DNA of 64,000 nucleotides, from positions 310,001-374,000 of the forward strand of contig NW_026515697.1 in the NCBI RefSeq assembly GCF_025526975.1. Reading direction: 5' to 3'. Origin of the DNA: Fimicolochytrium jonesii (lineage: Eukaryota). Below the pieces are notes generated by a model, which was not told the origin of the DNA, did not search any database, and saw only the letters and a list, made by a program, of their open reading frames with translations. Positions 60,287-64,000 of the stretch are shown in pieces. The position numbers were made by a program, and so were the translations under genes. Positions within the stretch are counted from its first letter, which is position 1; each line of letters opens with the position of its first letter.

Positions 60287-60650
60287 TTAGCAGAATGCTG
60301 ACGGGAAGTGCATCGGCCAGTCCCATGGGCACACACAGCAGCTAGCCCCAATTCTTCTCAACATATTGAAGAGCCTCCCAATGATGCTGGACTCCATGCC
60401 CGCTAGACCAGTCTTGGACCCGGTGTGTGATAGGTCCTGGCACGGGAACCCGGCGATCAGCAGCTCGACGCCCCTGCCGACGCCGACGCGGGGAGGGCTC
60501 AACGTCGCACATGGCAGTTTGCTCTTGTGGAATCTCAGCTTCCTGGGACAGCCGTCGCTGCCACCGACACACGTCCAAGCTGGACCCTCTAGAGCGCACC
60601 TGAAGCTTCCGATACCACAGGAATGATCGTAGAACATACTGCTGAGCATT
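60287..60650 (-). pseudogene. C5-cytosine DNA methyltransferase, N-terminal half only
   Basis: Motif I-like YDHSCGIGSFRCAL and catalytic motif IV LLIAGFPCQDLSHTG..GLAG..S. No ENV (motif VI) or later motifs before the stop. Confidence 0.75.
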
Positions 60651-61357
60651 GTATTGTTCTCGCCAACTTTGACCTCGCTGTTGAGGAAGTCATCAAGACA
60701 TCGGTGAATGCCATTGTACTGTATTTCTCCACCACTGTGTCCCCAACTTGGAGATCCTCCCGCGGCCCGAGAGCGTATTTGACGTTCAGGCGCTCCACTC
60801 CGTAAGTATGTTCCGCTGCAGCAGACAGACCAGTCTCTGCGGACAACGTTCTCGTCTTTTGTCGGCCTCGCCAACCCGGTTTCTATCCCCGTCCAAAGAT
60901 GTGGTCCGCCTCACCAAATGGCAACAACCAAACAATATGCAAGCACCCGCTTCCCGAGTTCAGGATCAACGTCGGTATCAAAGCGGATGGCGAAGACGAG
61001 TAACTTGTAAGTACTAAGCAGCGCGTCGGATGCATCCCTTCCGAGCTTTCGGTTGCTTTTGTTTCCGGGCGTTTGAGACCACCCCGAGAAGGTGGCTTCA
61101 TACTGTAGGCATCTGCAATGTATCCTCTTCTTTTGGCAACAACCACGATAATCGACCGCTTTTCCTTCTCGAACCTTCGCTCGCCATCCGCTCAATCGGA
61201 GACTCGCCTTGTCTTCTAGAGGAGAGCTACGAACTGATATAAGGTACTGCCGACAGGGCTTCCCTCTCTGAATTTGGAATGTTGGCTGTGCACACGGACC
61301 CAGGGAAAAGCAGCTTTCAAACGACCGGACCCAACCTCCAACAACTGACTGTCGGAA

Positions 61358-63272
61358 ATGCCCAAAGGAAAGGCCACAATTTTCCGCTGCACCTATCCTG
61401 AGTGCAATAAGAAACCGTACAGCAGGGAAGACGCTCTCAAACGACATATGAAAACACACAGCAGTGGTCCACCCTCCTTCAAATGCCCCGTCGAAGGCTG
61501 TTCCAGTGCCTTCTCCCGGAAAGATGTCCTGAAGGAACACGAGGCGAGACACAATGGCGACCGGTATGAGCTCGGAGTGCTCCGCCAGCTTCCGGTCCCT
61601 CAGCACACTATGGCGGCACAAGCTGACCCACACAGGAGAGAAGAACCATATGTGCGATCAGTGCGGGAATTCCTTTTTAACACAAAGTGACCTTAAATCT
61701 CACAAGAAGAGTCATGAACCTTCGCCCTACCCGTGCACCGAACCCGGCTGTAAGCATAGTTTCCGCACCGAAAAATCCTTAGCAGACCACCTTCCTATCC
61801 ATGGGCCACGCCAGATACCGTGTCCGAACGCAGGATGCGGGTTCAAGGGGACGACTCAGGGAAATGTGGACCGCCACTCCAGGGATTGCGCTGTCGGAAC
61901 GAATACTGCTCGGGTCCTGAAACGCCGATGCGAAGTATGCCATAGAAAGCGTATGATTCCCCAAGGGAAGACAACATGCAACCAGCACTCCCCGCCGCGA
62001 ACCTGCATTGAATGCCACGAACCGGCCGAGAAAGGAAGAATCTATGAAATTTTTGATGCTGACTGGTGTCGCTGCAAGAAGCAACAATGCCTGCCGAGAG
62101 AGCCCTGCACGATATGCGGTCTCGAATGTGTTATAAAGCTACGAAGCCCTAGAATATGTGTCCTATGTTACGACAAATCGGACCTGCAACCTAAACGCGA
62201 GTGCATCGAATGCGGCGAAAACAAGAAAATCATAGCGAAAGATCTTTGCATGGGTTGCAATCGTATCATCCGCGATTCCGGTCGAAAACGAGCCGTTTGT
62301 GGCGGCAGGTGCGGTGTAGAAGAAGAGCAGATCATTGTCGCCGCCGGAATGTGCGCCCTCTGCTACAAACATCGCGAAGTCACCCCGCCAGCATTCAAGT
62401 CGGATCTATCAAGTTTGCGTGATCGGCTGAAGAACCGCGATGATATGATCTTACTGGATTGTGAGACTTTGCATCACCCTGGACCGCTAACAGACAAATC
62501 GCCGCAAACATTGATTCAGTTCGCACTGCTATACAAAGCAGAAAGGTTAGAAGTCATCATCGACCACGGGAACGGGTTGGGGCAGGTCGAGCGATTGAAC
62601 CTACTGCGCGCCATGGTCCGGCCTCCACGCCAAGAAATGGGCTGGAATCACGTCGAGATGAACCTAAAGACGCTTTGCAATGTTCTCGATGTCAAACTTC
62701 GGGAGTTCCCGAGCAAGTCGGACGTTGAAGCATTTGAAGCGGCTTTGAAGGAGCTGGATAGTCGTTTGGCAGAAAAAGGCAGGTCTCCTACGGACGCGAT
62801 CGATGAGTTGGAACTGTGGATGAACATCCCTATTGAAAACGGTACGTGGCGGCGGAAAATGGGTCCACGCACCAATCGGCTAACAGCGTATCTCAATTCA
62901 CAAGGTCACAATACGATATGTTATTGGGCCGCCACACACTTTGATCAAATCAGCCTAGACAATTGGTATCAGAGCGTCACGGACGAACCCGTCTCGAGAT
63001 GGCATTACGATAAAAGTATACTTCCAAATGTGCAGCGAAGTATAGAGAAGAAAGGAGAGAACAGAGGCTCTGCAGCGCTTCATTCGCTTTACATTTCTTT
63101 GGTGGATCCTACGCGCAAAATACCTGTTTCAATGCGATGGCATACGGCGTTGGCGGATTGCTTGATCATGAAGGCAGTGCTGAACGAGCTTTGGAAGATC
63201 TGTGGGGATACACAACCGGGGCAAAGGAACATGTCGCAGACGAAGTTAAAACAGTGGTGGAAGTTGACATAA
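61358..63272 (+). CDS. C2H2 zinc-finger array plus CxxC repeats plus DEDDh 3'-5' exonuclease; one frameshift near 61570
   Basis: Five C2H2 fingers and one C2HC finger (HTGEKN linker); about five CxxC-x11-17-CxxC/H units; ExoI LLDCET, ExoII HFD, ExoIII HTALAD. Adding 2 nt at TATGAG|C restores YECSEC and fuses the two ORFs. Confidence 0.8.
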
Positions 63273-64000
63273 AGTTAGGGACAAGGGACGTTTTTTTCTA
63301 TCTGGACAGTGTTATTTAATCAATAGACCTATTAGGCTGTGTGTAGCTTTGGATAGGTGACGTGAAAGAAGGCCGCTGTCGTAAGTGGGTCGTCACATTC
63401 TGCTTTTATGGAGACCGCTTCGCTCAGAAGGATAGCTCTGCCAGACGCCCTCGGCATCTTCAAGACGTGCCGACGAGTGGACGGCCTCCGCACACACCTC
63501 AAATGAGCTCGAACCTGAGCACGTCCAGCGCTTCGAGCAGGCAAAAACCCAAATTCTAAGCTGGCCACTGTCGGCTTCGGTAAATCAGCTTGGGGTGTTG
63601 CTTTTGGCTGAAAAGCGAAACCTTCCCCCGCCTGTAAGTTTTTCCTTCCTCTTTGTGGTCAGCCAGCAAAGCAATGTCAGCTATCTGCCGTTGTCCATCA
63701 GTCCCAACATGAACAGTCCTGATCCGTCAATAAGTGCGATTTTGTGTAGCATACGATAACGAGCGGCGGTCCCGACCAATACAGGTTTGCAAAGGGCATA
63801 AACAGTGTTCAAAGAAATTGTTTCGTACGGCCACATGCTATATACATGAACTAAAACATACGTTGACAATGTCTTCCTGAATACTGGAAACGGTGGGGTT
63901 CAGATAGTGAACGTCGCGGGCAACCCGAGCCGCTCCCCACGAAAGCAACAACACGCCCACAGCCTGCGACTTCCACCTCCCTGTCCACAGTGCCTTGGCC

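Noticed and set aside
60911..61633. 240-aa minus-strand ORF
   Set aside because: Largely the antisense shadow of the zinc-finger region, with no motif of its own.
61564..61635. Possible intron GTATGA..GCTGAC..ACAG that might repair the ZF-exonuclease frameshift
   Set aside because: It is 72 nt, so the frame is unchanged and still stops at 61690; it would also delete finger 3.
60287..63272. Bacterial restriction-modification system or contamination
   Set aside because: The MTase is incomplete, the nuclease is a DEDDh exonuclease with eukaryote-type C2H2 fingers, and there is no operon structure.

Overview
Eukaryotic DNA, probably fungal (short GT-AG introns with CTGAC branch points, fungal-type P1B-ATPase remnant). 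Positions 1-57.4 kb are an almost uninterrupted nest of decayed, rearranged LTR retrotransposons, resembling a centromeric or heterochromatic cluster. I can separate four Ty3/Gypsy chromovirus families (my labels Gy1-Gy4), two Ty1/Copia families (Co1, Co2) and one fragment carrying a DIRS-type N6-adenine methyltransferase domain. The last ~6.5 kb holds a heavy-metal P1B-ATPase pseudogene, a truncated C5-cytosine methyltransferase, and a divergently oriented C2H2-zinc-finger/Cys-repeat/DEDDh-exonuclease gene. Best observations: (1) a spliced 4-exon tandem-RING gene with its own TATA box, carried antisense inside Gy2 and invisible in the ORF track; (2) a Copia (Co1) with a chromodomain between integrase and RT, an intact antisense ORF and TG...GT LTR ends; (3) a Copia (Co2) with TA...TA LTR ends; (4) tRNA-independent self-priming and a -1 frameshift pseudoknot in Gy1; (5) repeated precise joins of LTR ends to the interior of their own family; (6) the ZF-exonuclease/C5-MTase pair. 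Coordinates were read by eye. LTR ends should be near exact; fragment boundaries are approximate. No database search was run, so novelty is unverified.
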